Positions 13,960 to 27,120 of a stretch of 64,000 nt of DNA are shown piece after piece. Position 1 is the stretch's first letter. Each line of letters starts with the position of its first letter. Origin of the DNA: the human T2T-CHM13v2.0 reference genome, Homo sapiens. Position numbers and translations under genes: made by a program. Where the stretch lies: NCBI RefSeq assembly GCF_009914755.1, contig NC_060947.1. One strand, 5' to 3'. The notes under the pieces were generated by a model. It did not search any database and was not told the origin of the DNA. It saw only the letters and a list, made by a program, of their open reading frames with translations.

Positions 13960-14490
13960 TGAAATTAAAAATCTATTAGAATATCAGAACTTCTGTGCAT
14001 ATATGCCTAAAATATACCCTAAAACTAAGTGAAGCTAAATTGATAGAATTACAAAAGACATTGATACTTCCATAATCACAGACTGGAGGACTTTAACATC
14101 TGCCTCGGAATGTTATAGATCAAGTTGGCAAAAACCTCCATAAGAATGCAATTAGCAAGCTTGGACCCATGGAAATATATTGAATTCTGAATCAAGAGTT
14201 AGAGAATAAACTAAAAAATAATCAAGGTTAGAAAATAAAATGTTTCTTATGTGCTGTATTCTTTTCCAGCACGTAAGGGACATTTTGAAAAATTGATTAT
14301 AATCTTGGCTGTAGAGAAAATCTTAAATACCAAAGAATCCGTATCCTATAGAACATATTCTCTGACCAAAATTCAATACAATTTAGAAAGGAACAACAAA
14401 ATGATAACCAAAAATCCTTAAGTGTTTAGAAGTTGAACACATACATGTCTGAGTGATTTATAGGAAAAGGAAAATGTTAATGTGAACTCA
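13960..14490 (+). mobile_element. Ancient L1M ORF2 endonuclease-region fragment
   Basis: ggaggactttaaca (GDFN), aaaattgattataatcttgg (KIDY.L), ttctctgacca (FSD-); heavily decayed. Confidence 0.65.
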
Positions 14491-17400
14491 AAAAATGTAT
14501 TTACTTTATTGGATATTTATCTAATGCATTAATACTTTTGATTAAAGAGGAAAATAGTTTTTGGGGCCTCTCACACATATCAAATGATAAGATTAAACAA
14601 ATAGCATAATAATTCATAAATATTTGTGGGGGCTTTTTAAAAAGTGTTGTTGAGCAAATTAATATAATAGACAAAATTGTAAAAAGATTATTTAATCTAT
14701 TTAGGACAACATTTTTTTTTCAAGTTCTTTGGTAGCCCTAGATTTTCTATCACACACTTCCTAACACAGTGTGTTGCAGACAGGCATTCAGTGAATTTTT
14801 GTTGAATTGGTTGCAGTAGAGGATAGTGAAAACATATACCTTGGTATAGTCTTGATGAGTTAATTAAAAATTATTCTTGCTCAATCAATATACTAGGTTC
14901 TCTAAGGTTCTCTGTTAGGCAGCCTGGATGAATATATTGAAGTTGCTTCAATTTAGATTTTAAATTAATTCAGATTGACCTTCCTGATAATACTGCTAAA
15001 TAAACGAAGCATAACGTAATTGGTTAATCTTTTCAAAAAGACAAAGTAAATCTCAAAGCCACATCCCACAGATACTCTCTTGCCTCGGTCAGATGTGGGT
15101 GAAGTATCTTCTCTGGACTCTATAATCTGTCATCTAAGCCAGATGGGGATACATGGTTTTTGAAACTGATTAGCCAGGGTGAACTTGCTAAGGTTATAGA
15201 TAGACCATCTAAATTTACTTCTAATTCCAGACTAAGAATTAGGTCCCAGTTCCTGACTTATACAAGCCCAAAGTGAAAATAAATTTCATCAAACATATTT
15301 TTATCTTTTAATAAGTTTGAGCATTGTCCGAGTAACACATAAATGGTTAAAATAATATTTAGACTGCATTTGTGCCTGCATTTGAATTCACAGAGATATT
15401 TATAGGTGAAGCTCTCTCTTCCCTTTTGCATAAACATTAAAATAATTCAATCAGCTTGTTATACCAGATATTTTCGTTATATCTCCCAAATATTAGCAGT
15501 TTGTTCCATAGGATTTAATCATGGTTCCATCCAGAGGCTTATTATTATAGCAGTAATTTATGGCAATGAAATCAATTTGAAAACATACAGAACCTAAGAA
15601 CTAACAAAATGTAGTTGTTATGTGTGAATTAAAATATAAACTGAGAATTTGAAAATATTCAAATAACTAGAATCTCTCTAATTTGGTAGACTGCTGACCT
15701 GGATTTGTGAAACATTTTCAATAGGAAAATCTTAAATATCATTCTAATACTTTCAAAGACCTTGTAATTTTCACTTGTACTCTTACTGTGAAAATTGCCA
15801 CATTGTCTCTTGCATTGTGGAGGTTTGTGTAACTTTATTATCTATATTAAAAATTCCTTAAAAATAAAAACTATAACTAATTTTTATATTTCCTTGCTTT
15901 CTACATATCATATAGGTAGTATTTAATAAATACTTACATATGCAGGTAGTGTGAAAGGGTTAAAGAGCACCAGGGTCTTGGGCTTAGTCTTGCCTCTGCT
16001 ACTACCTCTATGCCTTTGGACAGTGGGAATCAATGAATTTGGAAAATTAGTGGTGGAGAATTCAGCAGAAAAAAATGGTGAAACTATTTGAAGGAGGAAA
16101 GAAAAAAGTCAAAGTTGTGAGCAAGGTAAAGTTGGTTTCTACGTGCTTCCATGATCCTTTAGATCGCTTTCCTTCCTTTCCTCCAAATCTGGGAATTGTC
16201 ATTGCTACACATACACACTGCTCCCTCCACGTACTCCTCCTACATGCATGCATACACATATACACACATTTATTGAAACAACCAGATAATTGTTATAAAT
16301 ATGTAGTTTTATCTAGACGATTGCCTTAGTCTTCCATATTGCCTCGCTAGATTTCACTTGCCTACCTCAGTGACTTTTATGTTTGGGTAGCCTTAACTCA
16401 AATCTTCCTGTAGTTGGATTCTATTATTCTGTGCAATAGTACCATTCTACTTTTATCATGTTGCATTTTTCAGCTTGGCATTCTTTGAGTGGCTATATCC
16501 ACCATACTTTCCCCCCATCCACTTCCCCCGCCCCCCACCACTCTGTTCGCCACACAACTGTAAGGGATATATTGAGGGGTTTAACTCTGAGACTTTCAGT
16601 TGATTTCACACTCTTCATATTTCATTTCTGCAGGCTTTAGGTAAACAGCATGTCATAGGCAAATCCAGCATTATAGTAGCCAAAATGTTCTGAAATTCCG
16701 ACTGCCTTGGTAATTCCTTAGAGTTAAAAAACACTCTCAAAAAAGCATTAAATTTAAAAACTCAAGTTCGTAATTAAAAAAAACACACACACACACAGCC
16801 CCAGTTAAAATGCACATGTTGTACCATGATGAGAAAAGAGGTCACTGGATAAGATCTTTGCAATACATTAGTATGGGAAGATTAGCTAGTGCTTTGGCTT
16901 TGCAAAGGCCAAAGCCAGATGCTGAAGGAATGGGACAGCAGGGTGGAATGTTGAGGAAGGGAATGTGTGAGGCATGGAGTTTACCCATAAAGGTCAATTC
17001 AAGGCAACAGTCTACATGTAAAAGTAGTTTTCAGTCAACTTAGGGGCTACAATGAGGACTCATACCTTTTGAGGGTGGCAGGGCCTGGAAGTTAGAGGTA
17101 AATTGATATTGATAGAAGATGTCCTTTTGTTCTCTCATGTCTATGTTTAAAAGCATTGACTAGACCCTAAGGGCCTTGTACTATCTTAAATGTAAACTAT
17201 GCTTTTTTCCTCATCATCATCTTTCTCCAGTCTTTTTCTACTCCCTGCTGCTTCTCTCATTTTCTCTTCTATTCTTTCCTTTTCTATTTTCCCTCCTCCT
17301 TGGCATTTCCCTTATTCTTAGTAGCCATCCCAGTCAACTTCAGTGCTTCTAAAGTGCCTTTGAGTACTACTAGTTACTGCTATGGTTTGCAGAGACAATT

Positions 17401-19294
17401 CAGTTTATAAAGACTTTTTAAAAAATGCATCAACATCCTCTTCACCTTATCTTTATATTAAGGGCTGTTGTGTTTGTACCTCTGTGGACACACCTGGAAA
17501 AGTTGAGAATTCCATTTTGACTGTGTAGATTTTAAGACAAAGTTGCTTCTTTTGGTTGAACCCCTCTTCTCAGTCATCACCCATCTGTCTCAGTGCTTTT
17601 CTTTCAACTAGTTGTGCTGTTTGATAGAATTGGAAACACTGCAGCTTACATCTGTCTGAGCAGATGGAATGCATTTTGCATGAGTGTTAACTGATTCATG
17701 CATTACATAAAGAAAGCAATCTGTGTTAAAACATTGTGACATTGCAATAAAGCACTATCTGCTGTATGCTGAAACCTGTTTGCTTACGGAGGGTTTTGTT
17801 GCTCTTGCCATACCCTCACCCACTGCCCCATGGTTAAGCCCAGACAAACCTTAAAAGGAAAAGGTATACAATCTACCATAGTGGGAGAAAATAGTAACTG
17901 AAAGAAAAAAAATCCTGAATATGTAAGTCATTCCAATAGATGAGTTCTTTTTTATTTTTGTAGTGTATTGTCATTCGGAGGGAAAAAAAGAGAATGTCAT
18001 TGTGGGGAAGCTTCTTACATGGAGAACTAAATAGTCATCAATCACTTGATCATGCTTTCCATATACTTTGGTAAACAATGCTGCTTGGAAGTGTTATCAG
18101 AGGGTTTGAAATAGTGTGGGCCCTAGTCTCATGGAGTTCCTATGTAGTTTCCTCAGCATGTGCAGTTATAGCCTGTGACTTTAAATTTGAATTAGTGACC
18201 AGCATTGAAGGTTTTATGGTGTCACCCATTTGTAACAGCAAGCTTCAATGGCTTTGTACTTTTGTCCCCTGTAGATCTGGCTTGCCACATAGCAGTATGT
18301 TGCAGTCTTTCCTTAGTTGCCTACTAGTAGCTATTCATTTATTTCCTGCAAATGTTGTATGTATCCCACAGCCAAGAACACAGAACTTTATTGTCCATTT
18401 TGTACAATTCGTCATTTGAGTGCTATAGCGTAATAGAGAGCAGCTCTATGTGCAAATGATGTTACTATGTATTTTGACCTATTGTTTCCCTGCAGGAGTA
18501 ATAACAAGGGCAATAAAACTCAGTCAAAGCTGCTGTATAAGCACACATAACTGCCTCAAATTACAGGGCACTTTCAAAGCTACAAAGCCACTGAAACTAC
18601 GAAGGCTGTCTTCTGACTCCTTTCACAGTTCTAATAAGCATGACCATGACTGTCCCAGATTTCTGGAAGGGGAAAAACATTATTCTGTTGGATTATTCTG
18701 GTGATTCTGTAGCTTTTTAGCTACAAAAATCTGTTTCCATACAAATCCTTTGACTACATGTAGCAAAGGTTTGGGTAATTTAGGGGTATGTTAAGAAAAA
18801 AAAATGTAGAAGTAAAGAACTTAGAGCTAGCTCTCACTATCACATGTCCCCATAGTTGATATAACTACAGAGGGTATCAACTGCAAGTATTTAGTGAAGA
18901 TTTCAGAGTAGTAGCCACAGGTTAGGGGAAGCATGGATGAACATTAAGTAATGTTACCTGACAAACTTTTGTCAATTTGGCAAGAGCCTTGGCACTTCGA
19001 TTATTTTGTGAGCTCATGCCCTCTGACCGTGACTAGCTTCTTCATTGAGGCCCTCTGACTGAATAGAGTTGTGAAAAATTTTGGGTGGCATCACAGTGCA
19101 ACCTAGGGTCAATGAAAATACCATTTACTTATGGACAAAGAATGGCCCTTGAGTTCCTGGAGTACTTAGCCACAGTACTTTCACAGCCTTTGTCAGGGAA
19201 TTCCAGCATATCATGGAGCCCACTGGGCTTTGGGCTCCCTCTAACTCTTCTCCCATATTGTTTGGTATATAAATTATCTTTGTACACCCCACCA

Positions 19295-19318
19295 ACACAC
19301 ACACACACACACACACAC
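19295..19318. repeat. (AC)12 microsatellite
   Basis: Direct read. Confidence 0.9.
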
Positions 19319-19369
19319 CTCTGCCTTTGCAACTCCTTCCTTATTTAGTGCTCCATGTTGCAATTGACT

Positions 19370-19500
19370 TGGTCAGTTCAGCACATATGTGCTGAGTGCC
19401 TATGATGTGCCAGGTACTGTGCTAGACCCTAAATTTAGAGAGGAAAGTTACCCTTAGGGAGCTGCCAATCCAGTAGGGGAGATAGATAGGCAAATAGATT
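19370..19500 (-). mobile_element. L2 LINE 3' end, antisense
   Basis: ttcagcacatatgtgctgagtgcctatgatgtgccaggtactgtgctag...gagctgccaatccagtaggggagata. Confidence 0.65.
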
Positions 19501-21489
19501 CGGTGGCAAAAGGAACTTAAGATGGCTCAGGAATATAAAGTGCCAACTGATCATGTAAGTTTCATTTATGTTGCTAAAACAGCTTGAGTGCAAATTTACC
19601 CTCGTGATACATGTGAAGATAGGACATTTCTCCATAGAGGTTTAAAAGTGACAGCAGTGTCATAAGCAATATTTATAAAGTCTAGTAATAATCTCTTTGT
19701 TACTATTCTTGAAGGAAGAGGCGATCCTGTTCTTCCTCCCCCATTAACATGCAATGTTTGACCTGAAAGTTGTAGCAGCTTGATTATAGAAGCCTTTGTT
19801 GATCTTAAAGTGTCAAGGTTAAAATAGTATTTATTCAACTCCAGGATCCATCTGCTGAAAGTCAGAAATATCGACTCCTGCCAGTTCTGAGTTTTCTCCA
19901 AAAGGAAAAAACCACACCTAAGAAGAATTTCCCAAATTTGATACACTTAGGTGTATCAAAACTTTGTAATGATGGGATGCTTATACAGATATCAAATAAC
20001 AGACTCTCTTCAGTGTCCTTTGGCAGCTAAATGACTGTCCCTCAATCTAATGTAATGAGTACAGCCTGTGGCCTAGCAGTATATACAAGGCTTTATGGGA
20101 GTTAATAAGTGTGAAGCTTAATAATCTTGTCAATTACCAAATAGCGCCTGTCAAACATCTAAACATCATTGATTTGCTTAAACCTTCTTAAAACAAATCT
20201 AAAGTTGATGTCTGTAAAATAACTTTGAGGATCTCAAAAACAGGCTACATCTCCTCTTTGGGCAATTGTTATTATAGTAATAAGTAAATCTTCCTGATGG
20301 ATAAGATGTGAGATGGAGAGTAATTGCCATGTTCCCTTATATGTCCCCAAACCTATCCTCCCACCACTACTACCAATCTGTGGTAGATCCACTCCAATCT
20401 CAGCCACACCTCCAAACCCTGAATGTTCTGATCCCATCTGTCCCTTTGGGCTTGTTGAGCTTGACAATGGTGATGAAGACTAAGAAGGAAGAAGCAAAAT
20501 GAAAACTTTCAAATACTAACCAAATCACCATTACTTCCCATCTCAAGCACTGGTGAAGGAAAGGCCTTGCTTAGAGACATTGATAAGGACTCGTTAGCCT
20601 TTCAAAGTCCTTTCTAGCCACATGTCTTTGTTTTTCTGCATGGACCTGATGCTGACAAAAACCATCTTGTCAGCCGTGTTGTCTTGTCCCTCCCTGGCAC
20701 AGCATCAAGTACTCCCAGGTGCTGTTTACAATCGCATTCTCCGTGGCCTCGAAGGGTCACTTTGTTTGCTATGAGAAAGCTGGCATCCAAGCAAATGACT
20801 AGAAGGACAAAATTCTATGAATGAAAAACGAGGTTACAGAATGGACATGAGTGTAGTAAGTGCCTCATGGCCTTCTGCCACCAGAAAACCGATTGAAAAG
20901 AACGAAAGAATGCCCTGGGGGATTATGTGGTTTTGATTTGCCAACAGAAAGCAAAGCAAATAACGGGAAGGACTACGTAGGAACTGCTGAAGGATCAGCA
21001 GTCTTCCTACAACAGTTTCTTTAACTGCATGATTTTTTTAAAAATTAGCCTAATCAAGATTACAAGGCCATCAAGGACTGTCCTGTATTCTTTCCAGAGA
21101 AAAACATGGTAATTAACTGCTGCGGAATGGTGGATTTTCCCAACACAGCTGTCACAACTGCTATTTTAAATCATTTGTTATGGTTTAAAATGTGTAATCC
21201 CCAAGAAATTGATCATTACTGCAATTCAATGCTGGTTTTTCAGTGCCTTAACAACCCTGGGCTTTGCATCAGACCATTAAATAACAAAACCCAGTCATAA
21301 AGTGATAAACTACTAATGGCTCATCTCAGTGATGACTTCTGTCTTCTATTAAACAAGATTTTATTTAAAAAAATTTTACACTGAAATTTCTGGCATGACA
21401 AAAACAGGTGCACTCTTGCATTCTCTCCTTTTCATCTGTCTTCTCTCTATGACATTTCCCCCTTTTTCCTTTCTTCCCTTCTTTAGTGT

Positions 21490-21760
21490 CTGTGCCTTCC
21501 TGCTCAGCATTACCTCATAGCCTTTGCTCATAATGTCCCATCCACTGGGCCCAACCTCTGCTTCTGAATCTGTTCAAATGCTATGCCATCTTCAGGGTCC
21601 ATTTGACATTTTACCTCTTCTGTGAAGTCTTCCCAGTTACTCTATTCATCATTCACTAAACTAGTACTCATTAAAAGGGCCTTATGTACCAGCTATGATG
21701 CTAGGCACTAGAGATACCAAGGTAAAATAAATATATTACTAGACTTTAAGGACTTTTATG
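21490..21760. mobile_element. Two adjoining L2 fragments (sense ~21490-21642, antisense ~21643-21760)
   Basis: gcctttgctcat...ttacctcttctgtgaagtcttccc, then attcatcattcact...tatgtaccag...tgctaggcactagagatac. Confidence 0.55.
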
Positions 21761-23448
21761 TTTCACCTGATTTTATTGATAGAGTGACTAAATCCTTGAT
21801 ACAGTGATGTGCTTGATAACTACGCTTTAATGCCCTATTGTTTTTTTTCTGACATTTTCTGTATTTAATAAATTTGTCCACATACCTTACTCAATACTGT
21901 CAGTGTGGTCCAGATTTGAGAAGACTAAGCTCCACCTAGGGCCATCACCTGGTCTCTGCTCTACTCCTACCCTTCTCTCTCATCTCTCCCCACACTCCTA
22001 CATCTATCTCGTAGATCTGCTTACAGAAATCATAGTGAGTAACTGGAAGAACCACTTACCTCTATCTGAGCATGCCCAAAGGCAGAGGACAGACTTATAA
22101 AACAAAAGTGGAAATCTTCAAATGCTGTGTGCCCAAAGGAAGTAGGGGCTAAAGACTATGGTAGACTTGTTGATCAGTTAGAAGTCAGCAAATTTAAGTC
22201 TCAGGTGACCAAGACACTGACAATTCATAACTCTTCTTTACAATTATTGGGTAACCTGTATTTGATTCTGGGTCCCCAGTGTAAAAATTGACCTTGCTTC
22301 ATTACTTTTGAGATACAACTAAATTTGGGGAATTTGGTGTCGCATGAATGCAAGTCCTTTTGTAAAGTAGAAATGTTTTATGACTGTTCCTTTATTTGCT
22401 TTGTTATGTTTAACAAGATTTTCCTGCATTGGTTTTTGTTAAAAGCAGGCACATATACCTCTTAACAATGCCCTGTATGTGAGCAGTATCTTAAATTCAG
22501 GGACATGCAACATATTCTTTTCGTAGGACAGATTTGAAATGCTAATATTAATTTTAGAGTCATGAAGAACAACAGCACCGTAATAAACTAGGTTTTTCCC
22601 AGGGGAAGTGGACTAAATGATGCTGCTTATTTGATTATCTAAGTTAATTAATTAAGAACACAAATCCTTGCCAAACTGAAATCAACACATTAAGGGATAT
22701 GTATTCTCCCTGGATAGTTTGAAATGATACTGCAAAAAGAATATACGTTCATCTTAATTACTATATTTTGGAATGCAACCCCAGAAAACAGATTTAGTTG
22801 TGTCAGCATAAATTAATCAGGGAAGTTTTTTAGGACTTTATTTAAGTCCTTCACATGGTAGCATATATTTTTTCTCTAGAACTGTTTAAACATACTGTAT
22901 TTGAGATCCAATAATTTATGTTAATAACTAGCCTTTGCATTTGGTTCTATTCTCTAATTGTTTCTGGTGTATACATCTTACAAACTATAAATTTCTCCAA
23001 TAAACTGTGAATAGAACAGTTTATCTTTCCAACTCTCCATCCTCTTCCCCTTTTTAAAACTTCATTCACTTTTTGAAATTCCCTGCTCACTCATGGTCTC
23101 ATGGTTTCCCTGCTCTCCATTCCAGAAACCTGCTTCTTTCAATATGGCTGAAGAACAACCCCTTCTGGAACTCCTCAGGCTCCAGCCTTTTCTTTACTCC
23201 ACCTTCTCATTCCATCAGTACTTAACTGTTCATTGCCACTGTTTTAGTTACCTCATCTGATAGTCTAACTCATGCTTAAATGTTAGTGACAAATTAATGT
23301 GTCCTTCTCTTAGCTAATATTGAGTTTCATTATCTTAATAACATGGAGGACAGGACTTAATAAATAATTTTTATACCTTGTTGTAGGTTGTGGAGTACCC
23401 GGAAGTATTTTGAATAGTTGACCTATTGCCCCCCAAATCAATAACTGA

Positions 23449-23476
23449 ATTATTATTTATTATTATTATTATTATT
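23449..23476. repeat. (ATT)n trinucleotide repeat
   Basis: attattatttattattattattattatt. Confidence 0.8.
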
Positions 23477-23747
23477 AACTAAACTTGAATGCGTGGAATG
23501 AGTTTGACAACAAGACAAAGAGTTTTCTTAAGTGAAGATGATAGACTTCTTGATTCTAAATGCCAATAGACTTGAATCTAGAGTCAAGAATGACTACAAA
23601 GCATTGTTACTACCTATTGTCTTCTGTTCCTCAAATACGAAAGAGCCTATGAACTTATACAAAGTATTTAAGCAGCAGTTGCTTTTACGATAAGAATGAG
23701 AGCTAAGAGAATTTTTTTCTCCTAGCTCTGTGATGCTTGAAAATTAT

Positions 23748-24225
23748 TTAAAAAGAAAGAAATGCTGTCATTTGTGACAACATGGAAGAACCTGGAAGAC
23801 ATTATGTTAAGTAAGATAAGACAGACATAGAAAGACAAATAATGGATGATCTCACATATCTGGATTCTAAAAAGTTGAACTCATAGAAGCAGAGAGTATA
23901 ATAGTGGTTACCAGAGGTTGGTGGCAGTGGGGGACAGGGGATTGGGGAGATATTGGTCAAAAGACACAAAATTTCAGTTAGACAGAAGAATAAGTTCAAG
24001 AGATCTGTTGCACATCATGGTGATTATAGTTAATAACAATATATTGTTATAAATATATTTACTAAAAGAGTAAATTTTAAGTGTTTTCACCACAGAAAAA
24101 TAATAAGCATGCAGTGTAATGCATATGTTAATTAGCTCAATTTAGCCATTCCACAATGTATTCATATATCAAACCACCTTGTTATAAACCATAAATATAT
24201 ACAATTTTTATTTATCAATTAAAAA
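23748..24225 (+). mobile_element. L1MA-type LINE-1 3' end
   Basis: tgtcatttgtgacaacatggaagaacctggaagacattatgttaagt...aagttcaagagatctgttgcacatcatggtg...tttatcaattaaaaa. Confidence 0.88.
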
Positions 24226-24663
24226 TGTAAAGGTCATTCTTTGTACTCAAACTCTAGTTAATGAAGCATTATTAATCTTGTGGAGCTAGTGGCTCCTGTA
24301 TGATACTCCAGATATTACTGATAGGAAAAACAGCCCAAAAAATCCACATTTATAATTTACTACTGTTCTTGTGATTTTCCTGAATAATATTCACTGAGGT
24401 TAAAGGCAATTGTGAGATTATTTAACACTCAATGTAGAATCTAAAACTAAATTTCTTTCTTAACGTTCTAAAACTAAATTCCTTTCTTAGTGTTCTTTTG
24501 TGTGTTTAACACAAATGTTGTTAACGTAATTTGCCATAAAACTCACATTCTAACTGAAAAAGGGCACATCCTAAAAACTGGATTCATAGGTTCTAGTTCA
24601 GCATCTCATTTATGACAAGTCCTTCAGCTAAGATCGCAAAACAGCTTCTGTATAATCAATGAA

Positions 24664-24679
24664 CCACAAGATGGCACCA
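24664..24679 (+). promoter_or_regulatory. Candidate CTCF site (overlapping a YY1 core)
   Basis: CCACAAGATGGCACCA, one mismatch to CCASYAGRKGGCRS, in apparently unique sequence; motif only. Confidence 0.5.
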
Positions 24680-24779
24680 CTGAACAATTAGCTTATCTCA
24701 AGGTGGCTTCTAGGTTCTCTAGATAGGTGCCCAAGAATAGTGTTATACTTCTTCAAAACGAACATCAGTCACTTAATCA

Positions 24780-25376
24780 GTCACTTCTGGTGAATAGAGT
24801 ATGAAAGGGAAAAATAACAACTTTATAGTGGAGAAACCTGGCAGGTTGTTACCTTAACCAAGTGCTCAAGGTTAATATCACCATTGATCAACATGGAGAT
24901 ATCATGTACCCCTGATATGATGTGATGAAAAGGGCATTTCACTTCTGTGATATCCTTCCCAAAAATTCACATAACCTCAATCTAATCATAAGAAAACATC
25001 AGCCAAACCCAAGTTGAGGGATATTCTACAAAATACTTGACCAGTACTCTTTAAAAGTGTCACAGTTATGAAAAACAGGAAAGACTGAGGACTTGTCACA
25101 CACTGGAGAAGTTTAAGAAGACATGATAGCTAAATAGAATGTAGGATCCAGGTTTGGTTCTAGAAAAAGGACATTAGTGAGAAAACTGGGAAGTCAGAAT
25201 AAGTTTTAAAATTTAGTTAAGAGTATTATACCAATATTAATTTCTTCATTTTGACAATTGTAGCATGGCCATCTAAGATGTTAACATTGGAAGAAACTGG
25301 GGAAAGGATATACAGGAACCCCCTGTGCTATCTTTGAAACTGCTCTATAAGTCTAAAATTATTTCAAAATAAAATT
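24780..25376 (+). mobile_element. L1MD/L1ME-type LINE-1 3' UTR
   Basis: gtggagaaacctggca...ccttaaccaagtgctcaaggttaatatcacca...gtctaaaattatttcaaaataaaa. Confidence 0.8.
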
Positions 25377-26662
25377 TTTGAGGAGTCAAGGTACAGGGGG
25401 AACTCTTCTGAAATGCTCTCTTAACAGTAGCACATTTCTATGATCTATTGTCTGTATATGCCAGACTTCTATGGAGTCTTGTAGAATGATTTGGCATATT
25501 AACTCAGTACATGGTTCCGAGACCTGGAGTTTTATTCCTCTGTAGGTTCAGTGAGCATATTTTTCAAACCCAATATTAGGACACATTTTCTGACGAAATA
25601 ACTTCATTCAATTTTCAAGTGTGAATAAATCACAGATAATGAGGGTAGAACCAAGCTGATTTTTTTTCTGTTTTATGGCCATGGTTGGAATCTTTTAATG
25701 ACATTCAGTTGTCTCACTAATATGTCATAATCTATTGATTTTAGACTTCAAAAATTTTGTATTTTACTTATCATCAGTTAAATAATGTATGGCTAATATT
25801 TTTGATAACCTGATAAATATTTTGTATTGCCCAAAATAATAGTGGCTCATAAATAATCTCTTAGAATCAAGGAAGGAAGCATTGTAACTTTTTAAAGGGA
25901 TGCATGCAAATCAGTTTCCAACATGTTGTATTTGTGCATACAGATGTGGAAAAAATTTTACTAGCAAGTGTTCGTGTGAATAATTATGAAAACAATGCTT
26001 CCTAAGTTATAAGGACTGAATAAATAAAAATATTAATATATAATTCCTCCCAGAGATGTAAATAAATTTGAAGGGTATCCAACATACTCAATAATTTTTA
26101 TAAACTCGGTTAAGTTCAGGTGTCATTACAATCCTACGAAAAAGAACAGTTTAAAACTGTTTTATTATAACTGTCCAGCAAAAGTAATCTGACTCCATCC
26201 AAACAGGCTGCCCCAATTAAGACAAGTGACAGAAGATAACACAAGCTCATGTTCTTTTGAAAAATTTAAAAGAAGCTAAGGAGGTTGCAAAAATAGTGCT
26301 TTTTGTCTGATAAAAGAGAAAATTGTTTCTAGAACTTGATAGTATTACTTCATGGATTGATCCTTACAAACTCTGCCTCATTTCCACTTCTCATGTAAAT
26401 CTGATTTTGCCTTTGCATTTGTTTCCCAAGACTTTAGGTTAAACAGACAGGTCTTGATCTTGGGTTCCTACTTTTCTCTGATCAATCAATAACCTGTAAC
26501 TTTTTCCTTTCCTTTAAAAATTCTAGTCTTCTGTGGCTGGCATGCTCCGCCCTAAACTGCTCACCCAATTCTGGACATTTCCTTGTGCCTTGATTACTAG
26601 TCTCTGAACCCTATCCCAAGTCAAGCACATTACCTTGCTCAGTTTCCGTCTTTCCTGCCTTG

Positions 26663-27120
26663 TGTACTAGTTTCTTAGGTCAGCTGTAAAAAATTGCTAC
26701 AAACTGGATGGCTTAAAACAAACAAAATGTATTCCCTCACAATTTTGGACATAAGAATTCTGAGTTGAGGTGTCTGTTGGGCCATTCTCTCTCTGAAGTC
26801 TCTAGGGAGGAAACTGTTCCTTGTCTCTTCCTGGCTTCTGGTGTTATCAACAATCCTTGACATTTCTTGGCTTGTAGTTGTATCACTGCAATTTCTTCTT
26901 GTCTTTTACATGACTGTCACCCCTTTCTGTATCCCTGTGTCTCTGCGTTCAAATCTCCCTTCCTTTCGTCTTATAAAGAAACCGGACATTGACCAAACAA
27001 ATCCATATGACCTCATCATAGTTTGATTACATCTGCAAAGACCCTGTTTCCAAATAAGGTCACATTTTGAGGTTCCAGGTGAACCTCAATTTTCGAGGGG
27101 ACACTGTTCAACCAAGTACA
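26663..27120 (-). mobile_element. MLT1 (MLT1C-like) ERVL-MaLR solo LTR
   Basis: tgtactagtttcttagg...caaactggatggcttaaaaca...ttacatctgcaaagaccctgtttccaaataaggtcacatt...accaagtaca; TG...CA ends. Confidence 0.85.

Noticed and set aside
16511-16539. C-rich tract (minus-strand G4/i-motif); similar G-rich tract at 6494-6513
   Set aside because: Only three runs of three or more; fails the canonical four-run pattern
16610-16646. Polypyrimidine tract + cag|gctttag|gtaaac, a possible 7-nt microexon or recursive splice site
   Set aside because: The donor GTAAAC is weak and such motifs are common in long introns; no support without RNA data
20339-20356. Minus-strand ORF 20234-20467 contains IGLGTY, matching the NRK Gly-rich loop as I recall it (TIGLGTYG)
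   Set aside because: It is antisense, only six residues, lacks the following Gly, and has no flanking kinase similarity or splice context; treated as coincidence
20234-20881. Plus-strand peptides SKTGYISS and CSKCLMAFCH reminiscent of piggyBac transposase and its Cys-rich tail
   Set aside because: No DDD catalytic motifs, TTAA/TIR ends or continuous frame, and the spacing is too short; a tblastn/Dfam search would be needed and I expect it to be negative
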